64,000 nucleotides of DNA, from the NCBI GenBank assembly GCA_963733035.1, contig CAVTBU010000005.1:1152001-1216000 (forward strand), in the 5' to 3' direction. Position 1 is the stretch's first letter. Each line of letters begins with the position of its first letter. Under the pieces are notes generated by a model that was not told the origin of the DNA, made no database searches, and was given only the letters and a program-made list of their open reading frames with translations. Origin of the DNA: Pirellulales bacterium. Lineage in GTDB: Bacteria > Planctomycetota > Planctomycetia > Pirellulales > PALSA-1355. Of this stretch, positions 49,835 to 60,070 are shown in pieces. A program made the position numbers and the translations under genes.

Positions 49835-52168
49835 ATGCCTCCGCAGGCTCCGGCCAACCTGGTGCAATTGCTTGGCCGTCTCCGACTGGGGACGCCGGCG
49901 CAAATCAGCACGGTGGGGCGACGGGCCGTGCGTTTGGCAGGAGACTTGCCAGATTTCGAATCGGTGTGGGTCGATGCGCTGGCACAAGAACGAATGCTCA
50001 CTCCCTGGCAAGCGGCCGAAATCAATGCCGGCCGTGGAGATGGCCTGCTGCACGGCCCTTTTCGAGTCAGCGACCGGATCGCGGGTCCGCACTTTGCCCA
50101 GTGCTTCGCGGCAACGCATCTGGATTCGGGCCGCACGGTCCGATTGTACTACGTGCGTCGCGCACAGCGGCCGCTGGCCGAAGTTTTGGAACGTCTTGGG
50201 GAGTTGCAGGAGCGAACGACCCCGCTGATCGACTGCGGCCGCGAAATCGAAGACTTTGGCACCACCGACGGAGCCGTCTGGATCGCCTGCCGCGCAGTGG
50301 ACGGTCAGGCCATTCGCGATTGGATGACCGAGCACGGACGGCTACCACCGCAGGCCGTTCTGCACATCGCCCGCGAGATTGCAGCGCGACTATGGGCGTT
50401 CGAGCAGCACGGAGTCGTGCACGGCGATTTGAACACGGCCGAACTATTCATCGAGCCATCCGGAGGAATCGCCTTGCCCGCCGTTGGGCTAAGGGGCATT
50501 GTACGCCCCCAGGAGGGATATAGCTTTAGTGAGCTGCTGCCCGAAGCCTACGACTACCTGGCGCCCGAAAGGATTTCCGCCGGAACACCGCCAAACATTT
50601 CCAGCGATCTCTATGCCTGCGGTTCGCTGTGGTGGCACCTGTTGGCGGGCCGGCCTCCGTTTCCGGGTGGCAATGCGATTGCCAAGCTGAAAGCCGTGCA
50701 CGCCGCTCGGGCAGTCGACATCCGACCCTTTTGTCCAACCGTCTCAAGTGAGCTCGCCGGCATTATCGGAGATTGCATGCAGCGAGATCCCGAACGACGC
50801 CCGAAGTCATTCGCCGAGGTCGTCGAGCGATTGGGCGAGCCCACATTGGCTGGAAAAATGCTGTTGGCTTCACTTTTCCGGGGCTCCGGCGGATCGTGGC
50901 AAGCGTTGCAGGGCAAGTCGACTCGCCGTCGTCGTGCCGCGAAGCGAAAGCGTGCGACGCTCACCGCCGCCGCGGCAGTCTGCATGCTGGTATCGTTGAT
51001 CCTGGGGCAGTGGGCGTGGCGCACGGCTCGCAACTTTGCTTTCAAGGACGTTGCCGAGTCCAATTCAGCCAAGCAGTTGGCTCCGCCTAAACCGGAAACA
51101 CAGCTTCAAGCTGCCGAGGCGCGAAGCGAGTCCGAGCCGGCGGCGCTCGAACGGCGACGAGATCCAATGCTGAAGCGGGCATCGGCCGTCGCGCCGCTGG
51201 CCGAACAAGTCGTCGAAGACATCGTACTCCCAACCGGCGCGGTCCTGAGAGTCGAACAACTCGACCTCAAGCCCCACGTCCGAGTTCGCGGACGTGGGGG
51301 TAAGCGACCGCAGTTGAGTGTGCCCAGGCGGGGACTCGTGATCGGCTTCGACGACGTGCGGTTCGACGGCATCGACTTCGTATGGGAGGCCGGCCCAAGC
51401 GAGCTTGCCGACGCGGACAATAGCGGCCTGAGCATGCTGGACCTGCAAAGTCAGACCGTGACGTTCCGGGGCTGCTCGTTTTCGAACCGCGCGGCCAACC
51501 CTCCGGTTGCCATCCGTTTCAGCGGTTCGGGCGAGACGCTGCCTGGACTGGGCGGCGAGTTGGTTTTGACCGATTGCGTTTTTGACGGCCTGGCCGCTGT
51601 GATCGACGACAAGGCTGCCGGTGGACTTTCGATTCAATTACGCAACTGCCTGTGTGTGGCCGCCGGACCGATCTTGCGAATGGCGCGGCCGCCTGAACCC
51701 GACGAGCCGGTGAATCTTTCGCTCGACCACGTCACGACTCGCGGCGACACGGCCGTGCTCCATTGTCAGTACGGTCGCCTGGCGCACGACCCCGGCCCAA
51801 TCACGATCATGGCGAATGGCAGCGCCCTGGCAGGCGGCGGTCGCGCCGGACTGGTAATCTTCTCAGGTAGTTCCCACCCGCAACGCTTGATTCGGGCCCT
51901 GACCTGGTCCGGACAAGGGTCGATCGTCGCGCCGCAAACGCCGGTGATGGTTTGGCATTCAACACGAAACCGGATCGAACCGTTGCCAGACGAGGAATTG
52001 GAAGTGGCCGGGCTCGTCCGAAGCAGCCTGGAATTCGCCGGCCGCCCCGATGGCCCACTCGAGGCATCGCGAGTCGTTCGTTGGCAGGTTCCGCTGCGGT
52101 CGCCGGAACCGCCCGGCGCGGACCCGGCCAAGCTGGCCTCGCCACGCGACTGGGAGCGAGCGCAGTAA
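49835..52168 (+). CDS. Membrane-anchored Ser/Thr kinase-like protein (likely pseudokinase) with C-terminal beta-helix-like domain
   Basis: LTPWQA, VHGDL, YLAPE, SDLYACG, GRPPF and PERRP; one TM; then VRFDGIDF/VTFRGCSF/LTDCVF strands. Confidence 0.85.
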   Translation: MPPQAPANLVQLLGRLRLGTPAQISTVGRRAVRLAGDLPDFESVWVDALAQERMLTPWQAAEINAGRGDGLLHGPFRVSDRIAGPHFAQCFAATHLDSGRTVRLYYVRRAQRPLAEVLERLGELQERTTPLIDCGREIEDFGTTDGAVWIACRAVDGQAIRDWMTEHGRLPPQAVLHIAREIAARLWAFEQHGVVHGDLNTAELFIEPSGGIALPAVGLRGIVRPQEGYSFSELLPEAYDYLAPERISAGTPPNISSDLYACGSLWWHLLAGRPPFPGGNAIAKLKAVHAARAVDIRPFCPTVSSELAGIIGDCMQRDPERRPKSFAEVVERLGEPTLAGKMLLASLFRGSGGSWQALQGKSTRRRRAAKRKRATLTAAAAVCMLVSLILGQWAWRTARNFAFKDVAESNSAKQLAPPKPETQLQAAEARSESEPAALERRRDPMLKRASAVAPLAEQVVEDIVLPTGAVLRVEQLDLKPHVRVRGRGGKRPQLSVPRRGLVIGFDDVRFDGIDFVWEAGPSELADADNSGLSMLDLQSQTVTFRGCSFSNRAANPPVAIRFSGSGETLPGLGGELVLTDCVFDGLAAVIDDKAAGGLSIQLRNCLCVAAGPILRMARPPEPDEPVNLSLDHVTTRGDTAVLHCQYGRLAHDPGPITIMANGSALAGGGRAGLVIFSGSSHPQRLIRALTWSGQGSIVAPQTPVMVWHSTRNRIEPLPDEELEVAGLVRSSLEFAGRPDGPLEASRVVRWQVPLRSPEPPGADPAKLASPRDWERAQ

Positions 52169-52172
52169 GCGA

Positions 52173-52697
52173 CTAGTGCCGATCCCGTAGCTGTTCGCAG
52201 TACAGCAAACCAACGAGGGTTTTGGCATCCTCAATGGTGCCATCGAAGATCATCCGCATGGCATCGCTCCAGCTGACGACAAACGTCTCGATCTGTTCGC
52301 CGGCCTCGAGGGCCATTTCGCCAGGGGTCAGCCCGGTGGCCCGAAATAGATGCATGCGTTCGTTGAGAATGCCGGGTGACATCGTGAATTCGCAAAGCTT
52401 TTCAATGTTGCCGGCGCGGTATCCGGTTTCTTCGATCAGCTCGCGACCGGCCGTGACCCTTGGATCCTCGCCCGGTTCCAAGGTGCCGGCCGGAAGCTCC
52501 ACCAGGGTTTTGCCGACGGCCACGCGGTAATTGTGGATCAGGCAAACGTGCTCGGCATCGACCATCGGCACAATGGCCACGGCACCGGGATGTTGAACGG
52601 TTTCCTTGGTGAGCATACGGCCGTCTCGCCCCACTTCGCGGTGTCGGACGACCCGAAAACGACGGGTTACCAACAGTTCCTCGGGCTGGTCAGTCAT
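52173..52697 (-). CDS. NUDIX hydrolase (ADP-ribose pyrophosphatase-like)
   Basis: HPGAVAIVP, ELPAGTLEPGE...RELIEETG and EDAKT. Confidence 0.93.
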   Translation of the reverse strand: MTDQPEELLVTRRFRVVRHREVGRDGRMLTKETVQHPGAVAIVPMVDAEHVCLIHNYRVAVGKTLVELPAGTLEPGEDPRVTAGRELIEETGYRAGNIEKLCEFTMSPGILNERMHLFRATGLTPGEMALEAGEQIETFVVSWSDAMRMIFDGTIEDAKTLVGLLYCEQLRDRH

Positions 52698-52819
52698 GTG
52701 CTATCTCGTGCGGGCGACGGCGATCGTTGATTCACTTTAAACCGGTTGGTAAGATAGCCTCGGCGGGCGATTTGGTCCAAGCCTTCACTACGCACTGGCC
52801 CGGAGCGGGTGCGATTCTT

Positions 52820-53851
52820 ATGAGCGATTTGCCCCATTTGAGTCTGTTTCTGGCCCGCTTGCGGCGCGTACATCTCCGGTTCCACCCCCTCTTCGCGGCG
52901 GTGGCAATCTTCATTGTCTTTCTGAGCACCAGTCAGGTGGGCCAGGAAGCCGCGGGTTACGGACTGCTAGCAATTGGTGTGCTGCTAGTGAGCGTGTTGG
53001 CGCACGAGATCGGGCATTTTCTCGCGGCGATCCGCGTGGGAGGCAGCACCGAACAAGTCATCGTTGGCCCGCTGGGCGGCTTGGCGCACGCCGAGATTCC
53101 GCGCGAACCGCAGGCCGAATTGTTCGTGGCCCTGGCCGGTCCGGTCGCCAATGTGATTCTGGTGCTGCTGAGTCTACCGGCCTTGCTGGCGACCAACCTG
53201 GGTGTCGTCGACCTGCTCATCCCCTGGGAACCCACCGGGCTGTTGCGCGGCGCGTGGTGGGTTGTCACGCTGAAACTTTTATTCTGGACGAATTGGGTGA
53301 TGCTGCTCGCGAACATGCTGCCGGCCTATCCGCTTGACGGCGCTCGCGTGTTGCGTGCGTTGTTGACGCCCGCGATTGATTATCGTTCGGCCGGTTTGGT
53401 GGCCGTGCGAGCTTCCAAATTGACGGCGATTGGCCTGGTCATCCTAGCCTGGGCGGTCACCGACTTGAACCAGGCACCGGTGTTGCCGGCGTGGGTGCCG
53501 TTGACATTGTTGGCCGTGTACTTGTTTACCAGTGCCACGGCCGAGTCGGCCAAGCTCGATGACCCGGAGTGGGAGGAGGAGTTGTTCAACTACGACTTCT
53601 CGCAGGGGTATACGAGCCTTGAACGGACCGCGGACCCGCCCCGCAAGGCCCGCCATTCGATGCGGCAATGGCTAGAAAACCGTCGCGAAATGCGACGTCG
53701 CAAGCGGCGGTGGCAGGAACAAGAAGAAGAACGCCAGGTCGACAGCATCCTGCTGCGACTTCATGAGGTTGGCCTGGACGGGTTGAGTGCCAAGGAGCGG
53801 GCGCTGCTGCACCGCGTGAGCGCGCGGTATCGAAATCGCCAGGGGAGCTGA
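52820..53851 (+). CDS. Site-2 (M50) intramembrane zinc protease with C-terminal helical extension
   Basis: HEIGH, PLGG, ALAGP and NMLPAYPLDG; C-terminal VDSILLRLHEVGLDGLSAKER. Confidence 0.9.
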   Translation: MSDLPHLSLFLARLRRVHLRFHPLFAAVAIFIVFLSTSQVGQEAAGYGLLAIGVLLVSVLAHEIGHFLAAIRVGGSTEQVIVGPLGGLAHAEIPREPQAELFVALAGPVANVILVLLSLPALLATNLGVVDLLIPWEPTGLLRGAWWVVTLKLLFWTNWVMLLANMLPAYPLDGARVLRALLTPAIDYRSAGLVAVRASKLTAIGLVILAWAVTDLNQAPVLPAWVPLTLLAVYLFTSATAESAKLDDPEWEEELFNYDFSQGYTSLERTADPPRKARHSMRQWLENRREMRRRKRRWQEQEEERQVDSILLRLHEVGLDGLSAKERALLHRVSARYRNRQGS

Positions 53852-54051
53852 CGCGCAGCGTCACTCGGGCCGCGGACAGCCTGGCCTCCGCGCCCCCATC
53901 TTTCCGTTGCGATGCGGATAGCCGTTACATTCGGGCTAATGGTGATCGATACGACGTCATTCGTGCCCCGAACCGAGTGCGCAAAGTTCACCATAGCCTA
54001 GTTTTGAATAGGGAGTTACCAAGTCGTTCCAATGTCGTGCGGAAGTTGCAT

Positions 54052-55726
54052 ATGGTACCCAAGTTTAGCGGCGCGACCATTCTGGCTGCCCCAGTTTCCG
54101 AGCCGTGCACACCGACAGTCGATGACCCGAAGTTGCTCGTGGATTTACAATCGCGGTTGAACGATTGGTTTGGGGTTGGTTTCGCGCTTTTCGACGGCGG
54201 CACCGGTGACTTGCTCACGTATGACGCCCGTGTCATGACGTCGGACATCTTGGCGCTTGGCGAAATGTGCCGCGCCGTCGCGGCCGGTGGCAAAGCGGAG
54301 TTCGTTGAAGACGTCGAGCCAATGACCACGTTGGCCATTCCCGTGCACTTAGACCATGAGCAAACGATCGTTGCCGTGGCGGCGTTTGTGACCCGCAAGG
54401 TTCCGACGACAAAGCAACTGAATCGAATCGCGGCGGAAATGAACGTCACGCTCGACGCCGCGCGCCGCGGACTGGCGGCTCAACAAGTTTGGCAGCCCGG
54501 CGTATTGCTGAACATGGGGCAATTGGCCACCGAGCGGTTGGCTGCCGACTGGCGTCTGAACGCGCTCGACCGCGACGTACGCGACCTGACGTTGAACCTT
54601 TCCACAACTTACGAAGAAATCGCCCTGATCTATCGCCTCACGCAGAACCTCAAACTAACCAGCAGGAGCGAGGATCTGGCAGGTTTGGCAATCGAGTGGT
54701 TGGCGGAAGTCGTGCCCGCCGAGTGTCTGGCCGTGCAGTTGATTCCCACCGAGGCAACGGCATCGGAAACCGGTTGTTCCGAGCCACGACTGTTGACGTT
54801 TGGAAAATGTCCGATTGACGAGGACGAGATGAGCGACATGCTCGACCATCTCGAGCTACAACCGGGAAAGCGTCCCCTCATTTTCAACGGTTCGCCGCGC
54901 GCCACATGCCTGGCCTTGGCCGCAGATTCGCGAACTTGTCGCCGTTTCGCTTTGTGAAGGGCCAAACTGCTTCGGCTGGCTGCTGGCGATCAACCATGCC
55001 CGCGGCGGAGAATTCGGGACGGTCGAGGCCAGCCTGTTGAGCTCCGTGGCGGCCATTCTCGGCATCCACGGCGGCAACGCCGACCTCTATCAGCAACAGA
55101 ACCAGTTGTTCAAGGGAATCGTGCGGGCACTCACCTCGGCCATTGACGCCAAGGACCCCTACACCTGTGGACACAGCGAACGCGTGGCGCGAATCTCGAT
55201 GCGGCTGGCCGAGGAAATGGAGTGCGACAGCCAGCAAGTTGAAACGATCTACCTGGCGGGGCTATTGCACGACATTGGCAAAATCGGCATCGACGATACC
55301 GTGCTGCGCAAGCCCGGCAAGCTGACGGATGCCGAGTATGAACATATCAAGCTGCACGCCGAAATCGGCTATCGGATCTTGAGCGACATCAAACAGCTCG
55401 GTGACGTGCTGCCGGTGGTGCTGCATCACCACGAGCAATGGAACGGCAAAGGCTATCCGCGCAACCTGGCCGGCGAAAGCATTCCGTTGCTGGCGAGGAT
55501 TGTGGCGGTGGCGGACTCGTTCGACGCCATGAGTAGCGACCGACCGTATCGCCCCGGCATGCCCGATGACAAACTGGACGCAATTCTCCGCGCCGGAGCG
55601 GGCCAGCAATGGGACTCGCAGGTGGTCGAAGTATTCTTTCGCATACGCGACGAGATGCGTGCAATCGCGAAGCGCAATTCGGCACCCGCTCCTACCGAGC
55701 CGGCGGACCGGCGCGAATACACGTAG
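54052..55726 (+). CDS. HD-GYP phosphodiesterase with N-terminal sensor/GAF-like region; apparent frameshift near 54900
   Basis: DAKDPYTCGHSERV, LHDIGK, HHEQWNGKGYP and ADSFDAM..DRPYR. The frame is bridged by WPWPQIRELVAV...FGWLLAIN. Confidence 0.9.
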
Positions 55727-55791
55727 TCGGCGCGGCCGCACGATCGACTAGCAGTCTGATAACGCCCGCCCGTTGAGTTTTTCAACGGCTG

Positions 55792-56571
55792 CTAGCCTGG
55801 AAACTGGCTGGCGAACATCGTCTTGAGGGCTTGCACACCCAGGCGCATGGCCATCACGTCGCTGCCGAAGGTAAGCATGCGACAGCCCTTCTCGACGCAG
55901 CGATCGGCATAGCTGGGGCTGGCCGGCACGATTCCCCAGCCCTTGCCGTGCTTGCGGCAGGCGGCCGCCACCCGATCGATGGCGTTCCACACTTTTTCGT
56001 CTTCCGGTTGGCCGAGCACGCCCAGTGCCTGCGAAAGGTCGGCCGGGCCGACAAATAGCAAGTCGACAGCGTCAATCGCCGCAATCGCATCGACTTCTTC
56101 CAGGGCGGAAAGGGTCTCGATTTGGATCGCCACGAAGTTGTCGCGATTGGCGTCCCGCGCCAGCTCTGCCTGGGTCTTATGCGTGAAATGAGCGTCGGCG
56201 CCCTGCGTATTCAGGCCGCGCTGGCCGCGAGGCGCATACTTGGCCCAGGTCACGAATGTCTCGGCTTCAGCGGCCGAACGGACTTGCGCCGCCATCACGC
56301 CGTCGACCCCCGACTCGAGGGCCTGCGTCACGGTGGCATAGTTCGTTACCGGGAGGCGCAAAAAGCTCCCCAGTCCGCATGCCCGGCCTACCAAGGCTCC
56401 CATCGTGATTTGTTCGGTGGAAATGCCAGCGTGTTCCGCGTCGAGCCAAAAGCCGTCGTAGCCGCCGGCGAGCCCAAACATTTGAAGCGTAACGGGATGG
56501 ACGAGCCGCCCGCAGCAAAACACGCGAATTACCTTGTCGCTTGCCAGCAAAGTCTTGAAAAATCCGGCCAT
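55792..56571 (-). CDS. HpcH/HpaI aldolase family protein
   Basis: WLDAEH, YAPRGQRG, IQIET and LFVGPADLS. Confidence 0.92.
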   Translation of the reverse strand: MAGFFKTLLASDKVIRVFCCGRLVHPVTLQMFGLAGGYDGFWLDAEHAGISTEQITMGALVGRACGLGSFLRLPVTNYATVTQALESGVDGVMAAQVRSAAEAETFVTWAKYAPRGQRGLNTQGADAHFTHKTQAELARDANRDNFVAIQIETLSALEEVDAIAAIDAVDLLFVGPADLSQALGVLGQPEDEKVWNAIDRVAAACRKHGKGWGIVPASPSYADRCVEKGCRMLTFGSDVMAMRLGVQALKTMFASQFPG

Positions 56572-56968
56572 GGCGGGTTCCCAATTTCCTGGAGGTTGTC
56601 AAATTCCTGGAGTCTTGTAGTTAAACGGTTTCAGCACTAGACGTTAGGACTTGGCGACTCGCGCGTCAAGCAACCCCCACCCGCGCTGGCGGTTGTATCA
56701 AATCAAGGCGCCTGGTTGGGGGATGGCTAGCAGGCCTGGAAATTCTTTGGATTTCGCGCGAACCCTGTGGTCGATAGGGTGTCTATCCGTGCGAAGGCCG
56801 CCAAAACGTCTCCGAGAGCCCCAAAAGGGAGTTCTCGTATTGACGCCGCGGCGGACCCATGCGAGTGTTATGTTTGGAGGGGTGGGCGAGGTCCGCTCAC
56901 CTTGTGACTTTTTTACGAACCCACCAGGGTTCACTTTCTCTCACCGCGTGCAGCGAAGGGAGCTTCCC

Positions 56969-57193
56969 ATGCGTACGAACATCAACGTCATCGTCGCGAA
57001 CGTCAACGTCTTTGGTTATGGCCAAGACCGCGTCGTCGTGTCGTCGTCGTTCGATACGTGCGCCACGCTGCGCAGCATCTGGAAACGCGGCACACCAGCA
57101 AATGTGCCCGCGGTTGGACCCAGCGCTCTAAGCGCCCGTGGTCCGTTACCGCGGCCATGGCTGGCGCGGCTGGTATGGCCAGACTCATTTTGA
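56969..57193 (+). CDS. Putative small leader protein upstream of the ECF sigma gene
   Basis: AAGGGAG RBS followed by ATG; 74 aa beginning MRTNINVIVANVNVFGYG. The 3' end may be frameshifted into the 57058..57261 frame. Confidence 0.4.
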   Translation: MRTNINVIVANVNVFGYGQDRVVVSSSFDTCATLRSIWKRGTPANVPAVGPSALSARGPLPRPWLARLVWPDSF

Positions 57194-57416
57194 GTTTGGC
57201 CATTACCGGGCCCCAGCGGTTGCCGGTGCGACGTATGTCGCCCGTGCTCGTCCTGGCCTGAGTTGCAAAGCAATTAGCTTCGCACTCCCGCGACGAAACC
57301 GTTCAGCCGGGCCCAAGAAGTCGGTCAGCACATGCTTTCCGCTTTGCTTCTTGAGCCACTACCGTTTACCCGCGACCTCGGTCGTCCTAGGTGCATTTCG
57401 AGCCGGAGAGAAAGTC

Positions 57417-57983
57417 ATGTTAGCAGAGATCGTCAGCGAGGAATCCGAAACAAGCCTGGTGCTCGCCGCTCAAGAAGGCGACCGAGAAGCCTTCGGCGAG
57501 CTGGCACGGCGATACGAGCGGGCAGTCTATGCAACTGCCCTGCGACGGCTGGGAAATCATGCCGAGGCGCAGGAAGTTTGCCAAGAAGTACTCGTTCGGG
57601 CAATGCAGAAGATCGGCCAACTTCGCGAGCCGGAGGCCTTCGGTTCGTGGCTGCGGTCGGTCACCAGCCGGATGGCAATCAACCGAGCCGTGCGCAAGCG
57701 GCATGCGATTGCCACCGAGCCCGAGACGTTGGCGGCCACCTGCGTCGAGCACGAAACCCCGCTGGCGGCCGTGCTTGCCAGCGAACGACGGTCGCAAGTG
57801 CGGGCCGGACTCGGTCGGCTGGGCGCGCTCGACCGCGACACACTGGTGGCTTTTTACGTGAAGGGGCAAAGCCTGGTGGAGATGAGCGAGGGTTTTCGAT
57901 CGCCCGTCGGTACCATCAAGCGGCGTCTGCACGTCGCCCGAAAGCGGCTGGCCAAGGAGCTCGAGGAGCTTGTGGCCGTCTAA
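57417..57983 (+). CDS. ECF-family RNA polymerase sigma factor
   Basis: GGAG RBS; AQEGDREAFGEL, FGSWL and region 4 PVGTIKRRLHVARKRL. Confidence 0.93.
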   Translation: MLAEIVSEESETSLVLAAQEGDREAFGELARRYERAVYATALRRLGNHAEAQEVCQEVLVRAMQKIGQLREPEAFGSWLRSVTSRMAINRAVRKRHAIATEPETLAATCVEHETPLAAVLASERRSQVRAGLGRLGALDRDTLVAFYVKGQSLVEMSEGFRSPVGTIKRRLHVARKRLAKELEELVAV

Positions 57984-57990
57984 AAAGCAC

Positions 57991-58038
57991 GGGGAAGGTC
58001 CGGTTGTCTTCGGATGACCGGACCTAATCCCCTTTTTT
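57991..58038 (+). terminator. Intrinsic terminator after the sigma gene
   Basis: AGGTCCGGTTGTC-TTCG-GATGACCGGACCT stem inside GGGGA/TCCCC, followed by T6. Confidence 0.85.
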
Positions 58039-58245
58039 GCCGCGCCGAACACGGTCATGGTGTGTCGCGCGGCCTCTTATCGCTTCTTTCCAACCGCTGG
58101 TCAAGGCGATCGGGGCGTGAATCGACGGCAGCCGGAGGCAAACGACGCGCCTCGAGATTATAATACTTCGCGGGTGGTCGTGTCGGCCTGCCCAAGGACC
58201 GGAATAGACGGAACGTATTCTTCAGGATTGTTAGAAGGGGCCGCC

Positions 58246-59448
58246 GTGCAATCAAAGCGGAGTTCTGTAGATCGAGATGTGCCATTCGCCGTACCGTTCA
58301 CTCACCGCCTCCGATTCACGGCGGATGTGTTAGGAGCCGACCAAGAGACTCTTGTCGATTTGCTTGAACCTGCAAGCGGGCGGCCGGCGCGCGTGCAGTT
58401 CTGGCTCGACAACGATTTGCTTAATGCATGTCCCGAGTTGCCTGCCGCCCTGAAAGCGATCACGGATTCCCGACCCGAACGGCTGAGCCGCGCCGGAAAC
58501 GTGCAAATTGTGCCGGGTGGCGAAGCCGTGAAGAACGACATTCACATCCTGGAGCGGATGCTCAAGGTGTTTCACGCTGCTTCACTCGATCGACACAGTT
58601 ATGTCGTCGTGGTCGGTGGTGGTGCCGTGCTCGATGCCGTGGGATTCGCCGCGGCGATTGCCCACCGAGGTCTCAGGCTTGTCCGTCTGCCCACGACTAC
58701 GCTGGCCCAGGCAGACTCCGGTCTGGGCGTCAAGAACGCCGTCAACCTGTTCGAGAAGAAGAACTGGATTGGTACGTTTGCCGTGCCGTGGGGCGTGGTG
58801 AACGACGCGCAGCTGTTGTCGACGCTGAGCCAACGGGACTTCATTTGTGGGTTTGCCGAGGCAGTGAAAGTTGCCTTGCTGAAAGACTCCCGGATGCTGG
58901 CCGAACTGTGTGAAAGCGCGCCGGGAATTGCAAGACGAGACCCGGCCGCCTGCCAACCGATGATTCGCCGATCGGCCGAACTGCATTTAGAGCACATTAC
59001 AGCCGGCGGCGACCCATTCGAGATGAACCAGGCCCGTCCACTGGACTTTGGACACTGGTCCGCCCACCGGCTGGAAACCCTCGCGAACTTTGCCGTCCGG
59101 CATGGCGAAGCGGTGGCGATAGGCGTGGCAATTGACACGATCTATTCGTCGCTTGTGCATGGCCTTCCGCCGGAAGACGCACGGCGAGTCCTATCGTGCC
59201 TTCGTCAGCTTGGCTTCGATCTGCAACACCCCATCCTGGCCGACACGCAGCGCTTGCTGCAAGGCCTGGAAGAGTTCCGCCAACACCTTGGCGGCGAATT
59301 AACCGTCACGATGCTGAGAGCCGTCGGTAAGCCGATCGACGTGCATCACATCGACGTCGAACGCATGCGGGAAGCGATTGAACGCGTGGTCCGCTTTGCC
59401 AGTGAGACTCCACGCTCGGTCGGGGCTCGCGTTTCGGCAATGCGCTAG
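58246..59448 (+). CDS. 3-dehydroquinate synthase-family sugar-phosphate cyclase (EboD-like clade)
   Basis: [58 protein letters not shown] and HGEAVAIG. Confidence 0.85.
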   Translation: MQSKRSSVDRDVPFAVPFTHRLRFTADVLGADQETLVDLLEPASGRPARVQFWLDNDLLNACPELPAALKAITDSRPERLSRAGNVQIVPGGEAVKNDIHILERMLKVFHAASLDRHSYVVVVGGGAVLDAVGFAAAIAHRGLRLVRLPTTTLAQADSGLGVKNAVNLFEKKNWIGTFAVPWGVVNDAQLLSTLSQRDFICGFAEAVKVALLKDSRMLAELCESAPGIARRDPAACQPMIRRSAELHLEHITAGGDPFEMNQARPLDFGHWSAHRLETLANFAVRHGEAVAIGVAIDTIYSSLVHGLPPEDARRVLSCLRQLGFDLQHPILADTQRLLQGLEEFRQHLGGELTVTMLRAVGKPIDVHHIDVERMREAIERVVRFASETPRSVGARVSAMR

Positions 59449-59499
59449 TTGCCAGTGCCTGACGGCATCATCCCGACTCATTTCGGCGACGTCGGCGGG

Positions 59500-59886
59500 C
59501 TATCCGCGTTTCGCCGCGCTGGCCAGCACGCCCGCGGCCAACAGCAACCAACCGAGAATCCAGGCGGATCCTCCGATTGGCACGACCATGACAAACGGCT
59601 TTCGGGACGTCGCCAGCCAAGCGTAGATGCCGCCCGAAAACAGCACGATGCCGAGAAAAAACGCCAGTCCGGCAACCGTCAACAGCCAATGCTGCTGACG
59701 CAAGATGATGACCCCGAGGATAATCAGCGCCAGTGCGTGATAGATTTGATATCGCACGGCCGTTTCGTAGGTCTGCAGCGCAGCCGGCTCGAGCTTCTCT
59801 TTGAGCACGTGCGAACCAATGGCGCCGGCCGCCACGGCGATTGCAGCCAAAACAGCCCCACCGGCGATCCAGAAGTTTCCTGACAT
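59500..59886 (-). CDS. DUF423 (YgdD/TMEM256) membrane protein
   Basis: GAIGSH, ETAVRYQIYHALAL, GIVLFSGGIY and PIGG. Confidence 0.93.
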   Translation of the reverse strand: MSGNFWIAGGAVLAAIAVAAGAIGSHVLKEKLEPAALQTYETAVRYQIYHALALIILGVIILRQQHWLLTVAGLAFFLGIVLFSGGIYAWLATSRKPFVMVVPIGGSAWILGWLLLAAGVLASAAKRG

Positions 59887-59989
59887 GGCTGGCATCCGTT
59901 CGAGGAAGTCGAATCAACCGGTGCATTCTAGGATGCTGGCCACGAGTTGTCAGCCGGCACCCAACGCTGCGGGCGGCACTGGGAGGCCC

Positions 59990-60032
59990 AAAAAAAAGGG
60001 ACGCCCACCGAGGGGGGCTTCGGCAGGCGTCC
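59990..60032 (-). terminator. Intrinsic terminator after the secretin gene
   Basis: Minus strand GGACGCCTGCCGA...TCGGTGGGCGTCC followed by CT8. Confidence 0.8.
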
Positions 60033-60070
60033 AGAACGAAATTGCAACACAAGCGGGCGACAATTCCAGA

